Counted from the first letter of the stretch, positions 1 to 9,627 are shown. The stretch: 64,000 nucleotides of DNA from Paracoccaceae bacterium (GCA_020832445.1 JAFIEO010000051.1:232-64231), one strand, 5' to 3'. A program made the numbers and translations. The notes: generated by a model from the sequence alone, not told the origin.

Positions 1-856
1 CGGGTGCGGGGTCGGGATCGGCGGTGACGCATCCGTTTTCCCACAGTTCTATCAGATGTGCGTGTACGTTTCGTGCGGCGGCTGCGTGCAGATCCGGCGC
101 AACATCGGTGTAGATGCAGGCCACAAGGTCGGGAATCCTTGTCACCCCGCGGCCAAGTTGCGCAAGGATTTCGGATGTGCGCCTTTGCCGGTGATCGCGC
201 AGGGTTCGCACGCGTGCGGCCGGGTCGTCGATTGCCCCGCCATGTCCGGGGTGCAGCCGCCTTGCGCGCAGCGTTTCAATCTTGTCGAGCGAGCGCATAT
301 ACGCCCCCAGATCGCCATCTGGTGGTGACACAAGCGATGTGGTCCAGCCAAGGACATGATCGCCGCTGAACACGGCGCCGCGCCATTCGAAGCACATGTG
401 ATTTGCCATATGGCCGGGCGTCCAGATTGCGCGGATTTCGTCCTTGCCGAAGGGAACGGTTTGCCCGTCCGCAAGAAGGTGGTCGGGTTGAAATGCGGTG
501 TCCACGCCTTCGCCGCCGCCTGAAATCTTCTGGTTGGCCAGACGTGACATGAGTGCTGATCGCCCTGCCAGACTATCGCCATAGGCCATGATGCGCGCCC
601 CCGTCATGTGCGCCAGTGGCCGCGCAAGGGGGGAGTGGTCAAGATGGCTGTGGGTCACCAGAATGCATTCCACACGTTCATTGTGATCAAGTGCGGCCAT
701 GATCGCTTGCAGATGGGTTTCGTCCTGCGGGCCGGGGTCAATCACGCAGACTGTGCCGCGCCCGACGATATAGGTGTTCGTGCCCGCGCCGGTCATGGCA
801 GACGGGTTGCACGCGCGGATCAGGCGCAGGTCGGGTTCGGGGCAGGTGTATGTCAT
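1..856 (-). CDS. MBL-fold metallo-hydrolase (glyoxalase II / LACTB2-like); 3' end runs off the left edge
   Basis: Absent from the ORF track because it has no stop in the window. My own minus-strand translation from ATG (comp. 854-856) reads MTYTCPEPDLRLIRACNPSAMTGAGTNTYIVGRG...ILVTHSHLDHSPLA...WTPGHMANH...HPGHGG. This contains the HxHxDH zinc motif and the later His motifs of the metallo-beta-lactamase fold. Confidence 0.8.
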   Translation of the reverse strand, partial: MTYTCPEPDLRLIRACNPSAMTGAGTNTYIVGRGTVCVIDPGPQDETHLQAIMAALDHNERVECILVTHSHLDHSPLARPLAHMTGARIMAYGDSLAGRSALMSRLANQKISGGGEGVDTAFQPDHLLADGQTVPFGKDEIRAIWTPGHMANHMCFEWRGAVFSGDHVLGWTTSLVSPPDGDLGAYMRSLDKIETLRARRLHPGHGGAIDDPAARVRTLRDHRQRRTSEILAQLGRGVTRIPDLVACIYTDVAPDLHAAAARNVHAHLIELWENGCVTADPDPAP

Positions 857-971
857 GCGCAGGAGTTATGAACAGTGGTGGCCAAAGGTCAATAATGTCC
901 TTACTTTCGACACGGCAGTGCAGTTTCCGGTTTCGCGGGAAATGCCGCTTTTATTCGTTAGGGTGCCGATC

Positions 972-2321
972 ATGTGGAGCAGCTTTCTGAAACGTCTTTT
1001 GCCGCGCAGCTTTTACGGGCGCGCTGTGTTGATCCTGATTGTTCCGATCATCGTGATCCAGATTGTGTTATCCATCGTGTTTGTGCAGCGCCACTATGAA
1101 CGTGTGACGGCGCAGATGACGGAAAACACGCTGCGCGATATATGGTTTCTGACAGACCAGATAGAAGCCAGCCCTGACGCGGCCCCTGTTTTACATGAAC
1201 TGGCCGAACTGGCCGATGCCATGCAGATCGAGATATCAGTTCTGCCCCCCCCTGTGGTTGCGGCGGAAGAAGATGCGCGCGAATGGACTGATCTGGCCGG
1301 ACGAGAGATTATTCGTGTTCTCCGCGAAAGTTTGCCCGCCTATCGCAATGTCGATCTGGTGTCAGATTCCAACACGGTCGTGCTGTTTCTGGACAGCCGT
1401 CATGGCGTGCTGGAAGTCTTGATACCCCGACGCTTGGTGACCACATCAAACCCGCATCAACTGCTGGTGATTGTGTTTCTGGCATCAGCCGTCATGGCCT
1501 TGATCGCGTTTCAGTTCCTGCGCCTTCAGGTGCGCCCGATCCGCAGGCTTGGTCAGGCCGCCGAAGCTTATGGCCGTGGCCGGAGTGTGCCGTTCCGTGC
1601 CGCAGGGGCCAGGGAAATCCGCGCGGCAAGTCTGGCATTCATTGACATGCGCAACCGGATCGACCGCCAGAACACGCAACGCAAACTTATGTTATCGGGT
1701 GTCAGCCATGACATGCGCACACCCCTGACACGCATGCGGCTGATCTTGTCTATGATGGATGATACCGAGGATAAGGCCGCCCTTTGCGCAGAAGTCGCTG
1801 ATCTGGAAGATTTGCTGAACGGGTTTTTGGAATATTCGCGCGGCATGACCCCGGATGAGGCCAAAAGCCATGTGGACCCACTGGCGTTGGTAAGTGACCT
1901 GCTGGATAAGTATGCGGCATCGGGGCATGCGATCGGTTTGTGCGATACGGCGCAAAAGTTGCCGCGATTGCCCCTGCACAAGGGTCTGATGGAACGCGCG
2001 CTGGACAATCTGATTTCAAATGCCCTGCGCCATGCAAATGATGTGCAAGTCAGCCTTGCGGTATGCGACGGGCAGTGGCTGGAAATCGCCGTAGAAGACG
2101 ACGGCCCCGGCATTCTGGCGCATGACCGCACACGCGCCACAGAACCGTTCGTGCGGCTGGATGATGCGCGCAACCGCGATCAGGGCGGGGGTGTCGGACT
2201 TGGGCTGGCCATAGTGACGGAAGCCATGCGCGCCCATGAAGGGCGGCTTGTTCTGGATGACAGTCCGCGTTTCGGGGGGTTGCGGGCCACTATGCGAATA
2301 CCGCTGGACCTGTCTTCATAG
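972..2321 (+). CDS. Membrane sensor histidine kinase (EnvZ-like: 2 TM, HAMP, HisKA, HATPase); no response regulator adjacent
   Basis: ORF 774..2321. I prefer ATG 972 (MWSSFLKRLL), just before TM1 (AVLILIVPIIVIQIVLSIVFV). Second TM is LLVIVFLASAVMALIAF. H-box SHDMRTPLTRM, N-box NLISNALRHA, G-boxes DDGPGI and GGVGLGLAIV. Confidence 0.85.
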   Translation: MWSSFLKRLLPRSFYGRAVLILIVPIIVIQIVLSIVFVQRHYERVTAQMTENTLRDIWFLTDQIEASPDAAPVLHELAELADAMQIEISVLPPPVVAAEEDAREWTDLAGREIIRVLRESLPAYRNVDLVSDSNTVVLFLDSRHGVLEVLIPRRLVTTSNPHQLLVIVFLASAVMALIAFQFLRLQVRPIRRLGQAAEAYGRGRSVPFRAAGAREIRAASLAFIDMRNRIDRQNTQRKLMLSGVSHDMRTPLTRMRLILSMMDDTEDKAALCAEVADLEDLLNGFLEYSRGMTPDEAKSHVDPLALVSDLLDKYAASGHAIGLCDTAQKLPRLPLHKGLMERALDNLISNALRHANDVQVSLAVCDGQWLEIAVEDDGPGILAHDRTRATEPFVRLDDARNRDQGGGVGLGLAIVTEAMRAHEGRLVLDDSPRFGGLRATMRIPLDLSS

Positions 2322-3785
2322 CCCGTAAATTGCCCCGAACTTGCCTTCCAGATAGTCCAGAAGCGGCCCTTCATCGGGGGCAAAGCCACAAGCATGGGTT
2401 ATGGTGTCCACGGGCGGGCGCAAGGCCCCGTGACGTTGCACGCGTGCGCGCAGCCAGTCCGTTGCGGGTTGCGCGTTCCCTTCGGCAAGGTCTTGTTGCA
2501 GGTCGGGCAGATCGCCCTGCATTGCCTTGAACAGACAGCCTGCGTAGATATTGCCCAAGGCATAGGTCGGGAAATACCCGAACAGGCCCACGGCCCAGTG
2601 CACATCTTGCAAAATGCCATGCGACGGGCGGTCCACCGCATAGCCGAAATCGGCCAGAAAGCGTGCATTCCATGCGTCTTGCAGGTCTGCTGCATCCAGT
2701 TTGCCGCGTATCAGGGCGCGTTCCAGATCGAACCGCAGCATGATATGCAGGTTATACTGCACCTCATCTGCTTCGGTGCGGATGAAGCCTGAATTCACGC
2801 GGTTCACGGCGGCATAAAACGCATCTGCATCCGCGACGGATAATGCACCGAATTCCTGCTGCATGGCCCCGAACAGCCAGCCCGTGAAGGCCTGCGACCG
2901 GCCAAGCTGGTTTTCATAGATCCGGCTTTGGCTTTCATGCACGCCCATGGACACACCCTGCCCGATGGGGCTAAGCGCATAGCTGCGGTCCACGCCCTGT
3001 TCATAGGCGGCATGGCCCACTTCATGCAGGGTGGAATACAGGCAGTTGAACGGGTCCTCTACGGCGACGCGGGTGGTGATACGCACATCATCGCCCGACC
3101 CGGATGAGAAGGGATGCACCGCCAGATCAATGCGCCCGCGCGTGAAATCATAGCCGAAATGTTCCGCCATGCGCCGCGACACGCGCAGTTGCGCATCCTG
3201 TGGGAAATGGCCGGTCAGGGCGGGGGGCGTGTCCGCGCCAAGGATCGCTTCGCGCAGCGCCACCAGACGCGGGCGCATCCGGTCGAAAATTGTGGCCACG
3301 GCATCGGAACTGGTGCCGGGTTCATAATCTTCCATCAGCGCATCATACGGGTCGCCCCCTTCCGCGATGGCCTGACCCTCTTCGCGGCGCAGCGCGATCA
3401 TCTGGTTCAGCCATGGCAGGAAGCTGGCGACATCCTCATTGTGGCGCGCCGCTTCCCATGCGTCCTGTGCCAGCGGGGTAATGCGCGCCAGTTCAGATGC
3501 CAGCCGCGCGGGCACTTTGGTGTTGCGCGCATAGGCGCGGCGCAATTCGCGCAGACAGGCCGCGCCCATCTCGTCCGGGGCCTGGGCCGCATCCAGCCAG
3601 TCGCCAAGGCGCGGGTCGGTGCGCCGTGCGTGCAGCACATCTTCCAGCGCGGCCATTTCTTCAGACCGTTGTGCATTGGCCCCGCGCGGCATGACTGTTT
3701 GCTGGTCCCATCCCAGACGGCCCGCAACCTGTGCCAGCGCCTCGGTCTTGCGGGCATGGGCCATCACGTTTTCATAGGCGGTCAT
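2316..3785 (-). CDS. M32 family (Taq-type) zinc carboxypeptidase
   Basis: ORF 2316..3908. HEVGHAAY (HExxH), HESQSR and IRTEADE motifs. Start moved to ATG at 3785 (MTAYENVMAH), which forms an ATGA overlap with the stop of the upstream gene. Confidence 0.85.
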   Translation of the reverse strand: MTAYENVMAHARKTEALAQVAGRLGWDQQTVMPRGANAQRSEEMAALEDVLHARRTDPRLGDWLDAAQAPDEMGAACLRELRRAYARNTKVPARLASELARITPLAQDAWEAARHNEDVASFLPWLNQMIALRREEGQAIAEGGDPYDALMEDYEPGTSSDAVATIFDRMRPRLVALREAILGADTPPALTGHFPQDAQLRVSRRMAEHFGYDFTRGRIDLAVHPFSSGSGDDVRITTRVAVEDPFNCLYSTLHEVGHAAYEQGVDRSYALSPIGQGVSMGVHESQSRIYENQLGRSQAFTGWLFGAMQQEFGALSVADADAFYAAVNRVNSGFIRTEADEVQYNLHIMLRFDLERALIRGKLDAADLQDAWNARFLADFGYAVDRPSHGILQDVHWAVGLFGYFPTYALGNIYAGCLFKAMQGDLPDLQQDLAEGNAQPATDWLRARVQRHGALRPPVDTITHACGFAPDEGPLLDYLEGKFGAIYGL

Positions 3786-4936
3786 GCTGCGGTTCCTTTT
3801 GTGTTGCGCAAACTGTCGAAGCGCGGAAATTGTGCCAGATGACGTGCGCGGATAATCAGCACCCATAGCAGCACGGCCGTGGCCTGATGTGCAATGCCCA
3901 ACTGCCATGGCGCGCCATGCAGAACGGTGAAAATACCCAGCACAATCTGGCCCAGCATCACAACAAACATCACGTTGAAGGCCGCGCGCGTGGCCCCATG
4001 CGTTGATTTACGCCCGCGCAGCCACACCACGACCGCAAATGCGGCCAGAAAATAGCCTGCCATCCGGTGGATAAATTGTGTAGTTGCGGGGTTTTCAAAG
4101 AAATTGACCCAAAGGGGCTGCATGGCCAGCAATTCCGGTGGAATGAACACGCCGTTCATCAAGGGCCAGTCGGTATATCCGCGCCCTGCATCAATGCCCG
4201 CGACCAGCGCCCCCAGCAGGATTTGCAAAAAGGCAAAATGCATCAGGCCGGTGGACATGGAAAACAGTTTGGCTTCGCGGGCGCGCCGCGCTGTCATCAA
4301 CTCTGCCTCGGGGCGGTTCAGCAAGAAGGTATACCATGCGATCATCCCAAGGATGACGAAGGCAAGCCCCAGATGCGTGGCCAGCCGGTAAGATGCCACC
4401 GCAACCATGCCTTCGGTCAGGCCCGATGCCACCATCCACCAGCCAATCGCGCCTTGCACCCCGCCCAGCGCGCCCAGCGCCAGCAGGCGCGGCGTCCAGC
4501 CTGCGGGAATGCGCCCTGTCAGCCAGAAAAACGCGAAACCCGCACCCCAGACCAGCCCGATCACGCGGCCCAGCTGCCGATGACCCCATTCCCACCAGTA
4601 GATGATCTTGAATTCATCCAGTGTCATACCGCGATTGACCAGTTGATACTGGTCAATCTGGCGGTATTTGTCGAATTCCTGCGCCCACATTTCCGCATTC
4701 AGCGGCGGAATGGCGCCAGTGACAGGGCGCCATTCGGTGATGGACAGCCCGCTATCGGTCAGCCGCGTCATGCCGCCCACGACGATCATCACACAGACCA
4801 GCGCAAACAGCGACATCAACCACAGACGAATCGCCCCGCGCGCGCCCTTGCGGCTGCGGTCTATGACCCCGCCTTGTGGCGTGGCGTGCGGGCGTGCTGT
4901 GGCGACATCTTCAAATATGGGGCGTTTGCTGGCCAT
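3782..4936 (-). CDS. ctaA: Heme A synthase (COX15/CtaA family)
   Basis: 384-aa polytopic membrane protein (MASKRPIFEDV...WLMSLFALVCVMIVVGGMTRLTDSGLSITEWRPVTG...HRMAGY...HQATAVLLW). The TRLT(D/N)SGLS and conserved His pattern are typical of COX15/CtaA. Confidence 0.8.
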   Translation of the reverse strand: MASKRPIFEDVATARPHATPQGGVIDRSRKGARGAIRLWLMSLFALVCVMIVVGGMTRLTDSGLSITEWRPVTGAIPPLNAEMWAQEFDKYRQIDQYQLVNRGMTLDEFKIIYWWEWGHRQLGRVIGLVWGAGFAFFWLTGRIPAGWTPRLLALGALGGVQGAIGWWMVASGLTEGMVAVASYRLATHLGLAFVILGMIAWYTFLLNRPEAELMTARRAREAKLFSMSTGLMHFAFLQILLGALVAGIDAGRGYTDWPLMNGVFIPPELLAMQPLWVNFFENPATTQFIHRMAGYFLAAFAVVVWLRGRKSTHGATRAAFNVMFVVMLGQIVLGIFTVLHGAPWQLGIAHQATAVLLWVLIIRARHLAQFPRFDSLRNTKGTAA

Positions 4937-5060
4937 CTGGCCCTCCTGTGTGGTCGCGCTGCAAGCTAGTGTGTGGCTGATGCAGGTTCAAGGGGCAGGG
5001 ATGCGTCAAAGCGCTCAGTCAGAAGTGTGATGGCAACGGGAAAACGCGCAAGGTGGACGA

Positions 5061-5292
5061 ACCTGGTTTGAAGCGGGCATTGGGGCATGACCCGGCGCGG
5101 AGCAAAGGCCGCAGGCCGCCGCGCCATCGGCGGGCCGTCCCGCGGCCTGCCGATTTCGCCAGCGTTATGCCAAGTCTTTGAACGCGGGAGTGTGCAGCTT
5201 GCATAAAGTGCATTCTTATAACGTCGGATCGGCAGTCCCCGGCCCACCGATAGCGCGGGCTTATATCCCAGCGCGAATGCCCCCGTCAGGCC
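5061..5292 (+). repeat. Family A palindromic intergenic repeat, copy A1
   Basis: Aligns by eye with copies at 18448, 28549, 49958 and 57916. Shared blocks are GCGCCATCGGYGGGCCGTCCCGCGGCCTGCCGATTT ... TGCAGCYTGCATAAAGTGCATTC ... GTCGGATCGGCAGNCCCCGGCCCACCGNTNGCGCGGGCTT. The left end is the most degenerate of the five. It lies 10 nt past the trmJ stop. Confidence 0.85.
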
Positions 5293-5302
5293 ACGGCTAC
5301 GT

Positions 5303-6064
5303 TCATTGCCCGCCATGCCTGCGCGCCAGTTGGCGCAGCATGCCATGCAGGGTTTGCACATCCGCGCGGGTCAGGGCCAGCCGCGCCCACATGTTGCGCA
5401 AATTCAGGCGCATGTTCTGTGCCTTTTCGGGCGGGGCGAAGAAACCTGCGTGCTCCAGCCGGTCCTCGAAATGGTCACCCAGCTTCTCGCGCTCGATCGC
5501 GGTGGCGAAATCGGTGCCGGCCATGGCCAGTACTTCGGGCGGTGTGTCCGCGCCAAGGCGGGCAAATTCATACGCAACCAGAAGCACGCATTGCGCAAGG
5601 TTCAGTGAATAAAAGGCCGGATTGACCGGCACGGTGATGATGGCATTGGCGCGCGCCACATCATGGTTTTCCAGCCCCGCACGTTCCGGCCCGAACAACA
5701 CCGCAACGCGCTTGCCTTCGGCCACCATGGCGCGCGCCTGTTTCATGGCGTGTTCGGGCGTCAGCACGGGTTTGGTCAGGCCGCGCCCGCGTGCGGTCGT
5801 GGCAAAGACATAATCGCAATCGCCAATCGCGGCGGGCAGGTCGTCAAATGCGCCTGCGCGGTCCAGAACTGGGGACGCCCCTGATGCCATGGCGGTGGCC
5901 TTGGGGTTGGGCCAGCCATCACGCGGGGCCACAACACGCATGCGTGCGCAGCCGAAATTCAGCATTGCGCGCGCGGCTGCGCCAATGTTTTCGCCCATTT
6001 GCGGGCGCACCAGCACCATGATGGGGGTGGGCGCGTCGAATAACTGGTCATCAAGCGGTGTCAT
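5303..6064 (-). CDS. trmJ: SpoU/TrmH-family tRNA 2'-O-methyltransferase (TrmJ-like)
   Basis: ORF 5303..6154. Start moved to ATG 6064 (MTPLDDQLF). VLVRPQMGENIGAAARAMLNFG matches the TrmJ N-terminal motif, and ITVPVNPAFYSLNLAQ matches the SPOUT knot region. Confidence 0.75.
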   Translation of the reverse strand: MTPLDDQLFDAPTPIMVLVRPQMGENIGAAARAMLNFGCARMRVVAPRDGWPNPKATAMASGASPVLDRAGAFDDLPAAIGDCDYVFATTARGRGLTKPVLTPEHAMKQARAMVAEGKRVAVLFGPERAGLENHDVARANAIITVPVNPAFYSLNLAQCVLLVAYEFARLGADTPPEVLAMAGTDFATAIEREKLGDHFEDRLEHAGFFAPPEKAQNMRLNLRNMWARLALTRADVQTLHGMLRQLARRHGGQ

Positions 6065-6195
6065 GGGGCCTCGGGCGGCTGGGGTGGGTGTGCGCCCAAT
6101 AGCGGGGCCGCGCGCGCGCTTCAAGCTGCGCGTGCTTGTTTCCGGTCCGGCCACAGGGTAGAAGCGCAGCAGTTCAAGCGAAAGATGCCATCAGC

Positions 6196-6813
6196 ATGCC
6201 CGATGACCAGCCCCAGATCTATTTGATCACGCCCCCCACATTCGAGATTGAGACATTCCCCCAGATTCTGGCGCGCGTTCTGGACAGCCACCCTGTGGCG
6301 TGCCTGCGGCTGGCGCTGGCAACGCGTGACGAGGATACGATTCTGCGCAGCGCCGATGCCCTGCGCGAAATCGCCCATGCGCGCGATATTCCCATCGTCA
6401 TTGCCGATCATGTGCTGATGGTGGAACGCCTTGGGCTGGACGGGGTGCACCTGTCCGATACAACCAAACCCCTGCGCAAACTGCGTAAGGATATGGGCGC
6501 GGATGCCATTATCGGCAGTTTTTGCGGCACATCGCAGCATGACGGCATCAATGCGGGCGAAGCGGGGGCGGATTATGTCAGTTTCGGGCCGGTGGGGCAG
6601 ACCGCGCTGGGCGATGGGCAGGTGGCGCCCCATGATTTGTTTGAGTGGTGGTCCGCGATGATCGAACTGCCTGTCGTCGCCGAAGGCGCGCTGTCCCGCG
6701 ATCTGATTGCGGGCCTTGCGCCGGTTGCAGACTTCTTCGCCTTGGGTGATGAAATCTGGTCGCAGCCGGACCCTGTGGCTGCCTTGATGGACCTGACCCA
6801 ACCCTTGCGCTGA
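6196..6813 (+). CDS. Thiamine-phosphate synthase family (ThiE/TenI fold) protein
   Basis: ORF 6136..6813. Start moved to ATG 6196 (MPDDQPQIYLITPP). The pattern YLITPP...LRL...DGVHL...GxS...GADYVxFGPV...PVVAxGG-like matches the TMP-TENI fold. Confidence 0.6.
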   Translation: MPDDQPQIYLITPPTFEIETFPQILARVLDSHPVACLRLALATRDEDTILRSADALREIAHARDIPIVIADHVLMVERLGLDGVHLSDTTKPLRKLRKDMGADAIIGSFCGTSQHDGINAGEAGADYVSFGPVGQTALGDGQVAPHDLFEWWSAMIELPVVAEGALSRDLIAGLAPVADFFALGDEIWSQPDPVAALMDLTQPLR

Positions 6814-6820
6814 TGCGCGG

Positions 6821-7651
6821 CTAGGTTTCCGGTCCGGTTGCGGCGTGAAACCCCTGCCGGACCGCGTCTTCTGCCGTCATCGCCAGTTCCTTGCGGTCCG
6901 CGAAGGATGCGACCTGCAATTCGGGGTGGAATGTCAGGTCTACGCGTCCGCGCCGCGACTGTGCCAGAACCACCAGAAGATGTGCGCCAAAATCCATGCC
7001 GCCCCACCACCCGTACAGGCGCTTGTCCTGACCTTCGGGGGCAGAATATGTCACGCTGACGGGCTGGATATGCAGCACGTCGCGCAGGGCGGGGGTGAAG
7101 AAGGCGGCGAACAAGGTGGATTTGAAGGGCAGCACACGCTGGCTGTCAGAACTGGTGCCTTCGGGAAAGAACAGCAGCCTGTGGCCTGCGCGCAAGCGCG
7201 CCTCGAACAGCAGTTTATGCAAGGCAGACTCGCGTTTGTCGCGCCGGATGAACACGGTGCCGGTTGCCCGCGCAAGCCAGCCAATACCGGGCCATGCAGC
7301 CACTTCGGCCTTGGACACGAAATAAACCCTGTCGGCGGCGTTCAGCACGAAAATATCCAGCCATGACGCATGATTGGCCACGATGGCGCCGCGTTTTCTC
7401 ATGGGGGTGCCGCGCACATGCAGGCGCAGCCCTATGATGACCAGCGCTGCGCGGCACACCCCTTGGGTCAGATAAGGCGTGACAGGGCGGCGCAGGCCGA
7501 ATAGCGGGCGTTCCACCAGCCGCAAAACCAGCATGACGGCAAGACCCACGAACACCAGCGGGGCCAGCAGGCACAGGCGCAGCGCTATTCTGGGCCAGCA
7601 TGCGGGTGTTATGGTGAATTTGGGCGGCGCTATATCCTCGCCCCATGTCAT
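6821..7651 (-). CDS. olsA: Lyso-ornithine-lipid O-acyltransferase (PlsC-family acyltransferase)
   Basis: ORF 6821..7723. Start moved to ATG 7651 (MTWGEDIA), which overlaps the olsB stop (ATGA). Has the NHASWLD (HxxxxD) acyltransferase motif and FPEGT. The pairing with olsB upstream supports the call. Confidence 0.75.
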   Translation of the reverse strand: MTWGEDIAPPKFTITPACWPRIALRLCLLAPLVFVGLAVMLVLRLVERPLFGLRRPVTPYLTQGVCRAALVIIGLRLHVRGTPMRKRGAIVANHASWLDIFVLNAADRVYFVSKAEVAAWPGIGWLARATGTVFIRRDKRESALHKLLFEARLRAGHRLLFFPEGTSSDSQRVLPFKSTLFAAFFTPALRDVLHIQPVSVTYSAPEGQDKRLYGWWGGMDFGAHLLVVLAQSRRGRVDLTFHPELQVASFADRKELAMTAEDAVRQGFHAATGPET

Positions 7652-8424
7652 GGCGTCGTCACACCCTTTGGCGCAAGGCTGTGTGCCGCGCGCGTCATCG
7701 CCTTGGTATCCAGTATCAGGCAAATGTCGGTGGTGCGGAAATCAGGATCAATGAACGCCCCGTCACCCACAACACCGCCAATGCGCAGATAGGCCTTTAT
7801 CAGGGACGGCAGTTGCGCAAGGGCTGCCTTGCGGTCCAGCTGGTCGGGCGCAAGCAAGTCCATTTGTTGGTAGTCCTTGGCGCGCACGCGCAATTCCGGC
7901 GGGGCCAGATGCCGGTGATGCAGCAGGCTTAGCGGGTGTGCCAGCGCCTGCGGGTCGGTCCCGTGAAAGCTGGCGGCGCCGAACAAAATATCATAGCCAT
8001 GTTGCGTGACATATGCTGCAAGGGCCTGCCACATCAGCAACATGGCCGGGCCGCCGCGATAGGCCTCATCCACACAGGACCGCCCCAGTTCCAGCAATCT
8101 GCGGCCTGATTGTTTCAGGGGGCTCAGGTCGAATTCACGGTCGCAATAAAACCCGCCTGTCTGGTCCAGCCGGTCATCGGGCAATAGCCGGTAGGCGCCC
8201 ACGACATGCTGGCCGTCATCAGGGTTCAGGCAGGTATTCACCAGCAAAAGATGGTCAAAAAAGGGGTCCAGTTCGTCGCGTTCCAGCTTGTTGACATGAT
8301 CCACCAATGCCCCTGTGCCGCCAAGTTCCTGAATGAACACACGGTAGCGCAGGTGTTGCGCGGCCCTTATGTCGGCCGCGTCGCGCGCCAGACGCACGGT
8401 CAGTTGTGGTTGGTTGCTGTTCAT
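7648..8424 (-). CDS. olsB: Ornithine-acyl-ACP N-acyltransferase (hemolysin-like GNAT)
   Basis: MNSNQPQLTVRLARDAADIRAAQHLRYRVFIQELGG...AYRLLP is the characteristic OlsB N-terminus. Located directly upstream of a PlsC-type gene. Confidence 0.75.
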   Translation of the reverse strand: MNSNQPQLTVRLARDAADIRAAQHLRYRVFIQELGGTGALVDHVNKLERDELDPFFDHLLLVNTCLNPDDGQHVVGAYRLLPDDRLDQTGGFYCDREFDLSPLKQSGRRLLELGRSCVDEAYRGGPAMLLMWQALAAYVTQHGYDILFGAASFHGTDPQALAHPLSLLHHRHLAPPELRVRAKDYQQMDLLAPDQLDRKAALAQLPSLIKAYLRIGGVVGDGAFIDPDFRTTDICLILDTKAMTRAAHSLAPKGVTTP

Positions 8425-8556
8425 CCAGCCCTCTTTTGCGCGGGTGCAGGTCGTTATGGACGGGGTTTGGCTTTACGCAGCGCGTCATAGTGTTGCAAGT
8501 TTGGATTGTCGACAAAACGGCTTGTATGCACGCACTGGTTGTGCGAAACTTCAAAC

Positions 8557-8706
8557 CTATAAATTGTAAACAATTTCAAGCGTTACCAATTCACCATTAA
8601 TCACTTTTTTACCTTCATCTGGAAAATTGACCGTCACAAGGTTCCCAATACGCGACTGAACCTGCCCAACGCCCCAATCAGGGCATTTTGGGTGGCGCAC
8701 GAACAT
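8557..8706 (-). CDS. Small conserved protein (49 aa), resembles the DUF3553 family
   Basis: Below the ORF-track size cutoff. My translation is MFVRHPKCPDWGVGQVQSRIGNLVTVNFPDEGKKVINGELVTLEIVYNL*. The P(D/E)WGxGqVqS...VTVNF pattern is what I remember for DUF3553. It is divergent from chpT with only 18 bp between the start codons. Confidence 0.55.
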   Translation of the reverse strand: MFVRHPKCPDWGVGQVQSRIGNLVTVNFPDEGKKVINGELVTLEIVYNL

Positions 8707-8724
8707 TCCTGGCTCTAGGATCGA

Positions 8725-9384
8725 ATGACTCATTTGGATTATGACTATATTGAAGATTTGCCCTTGGAAAGCCCTGTTGGCGTTCTGAAACTGGCGGAAT
8801 TATTGACATCGCGCATCTGCCATGACCTGATCAGCCCCTTGGGTGCTATTGGCAACGGTGTTGAACTGATGTCGATGGCAGGTGTTGCCGATGGTCCCGA
8901 ACTGGGGCTGATCGGCGAAAGTGTCGAAACGGCACATGCGCGTATTCGCTTGTTTCGCTGTGCATTCGGGGCGGCGGCCCCGGGCCAGATGATACCCCGC
9001 GCAGAAATCATGTCCCTTATGGCGGATTATGGCCGGATCACACGCCACTGGACCGAATTCGAGATTGCGCAGGATTTGCCACGACAGGATTTCAAACTTC
9101 TGTTGCTTTTGCTGATGTGTCTGGAAACCGCGCTGCCATGGGGCGGGGCCGTGCATGTGACGAGATCGGAAACCGGATATATGCTTGTGGCAGAAGCTGA
9201 CCGTATCCGCCATGATGCCGAACAATGGGCCATTCTAAGCAGCGGCACAGTTCCCGCAGGACAGCGGCCCGTGACCGTGCATTTTATCATGGGTGCGTTG
9301 GAACTGCGGCGGCAGGGCTGCCGTTATTCCATCAAATGCACAGAGCAGACGATGGAACTGGGCCTTTCGTTGTGCCGCAAATGA
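8725..9384 (+). CDS. chpT: Histidine phosphotransferase ChpT (CckA-ChpT-CtrA phosphorelay)
   Basis: LAELLTSRICHDLISPLGAIGNGVELM ... RIRLFRCAFGAA aligns with the Caulobacter ChpT motifs LAARLCHDFISP...AFGAS around the phospho-His. Confidence 0.85.
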   Translation: MTHLDYDYIEDLPLESPVGVLKLAELLTSRICHDLISPLGAIGNGVELMSMAGVADGPELGLIGESVETAHARIRLFRCAFGAAAPGQMIPRAEIMSLMADYGRITRHWTEFEIAQDLPRQDFKLLLLLLMCLETALPWGGAVHVTRSETGYMLVAEADRIRHDAEQWAILSSGTVPAGQRPVTVHFIMGALELRRQGCRYSIKCTEQTMELGLSLCRK

Positions 9385-9627
9385 CATGCAGGACTTGCCG
9401 GCGGAATGCCTACAGCGTTTCGCCTTCTCCGTGATGCCGAGCACGCTGGAGTTCATTGATTTTGCGCAATTTTGAACCGGAAGAATCTGTCAGCTTTTTC
9501 TGAAATTGCTTTAGCAACACCATATTTTGTGATCGGTGGTTTCCCGCCGAAATCAAAACATGGTCGTGACAGTCCCTAAAAACATGTTACCCTGACAACC
9601 ATAAGAGGTCTGAAGGAGGCTAAAGAC

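Noticed and set aside
5019-5361. Short ORFs over the family A repeats that give similar-looking peptides (…AKSAGRGTA…, MHFMQAA…); also at 28076-28787, 18570-18842, 49560-50021 and 57959-58438
   Set aside because: The similar peptides arise from nucleotide repeats. Frames and strands differ between copies, indels break them, and several run into neighbouring genes' antisense. They are therefore treated as non-coding.
8582-8600. Second CtrA-like site (GTTAC...TTAA) next to the one reported at 8597-8613
   Set aside because: The half-site spacing is 10 nt rather than 7, so it does not fit TTAA-N7-TTAAC in either orientation.
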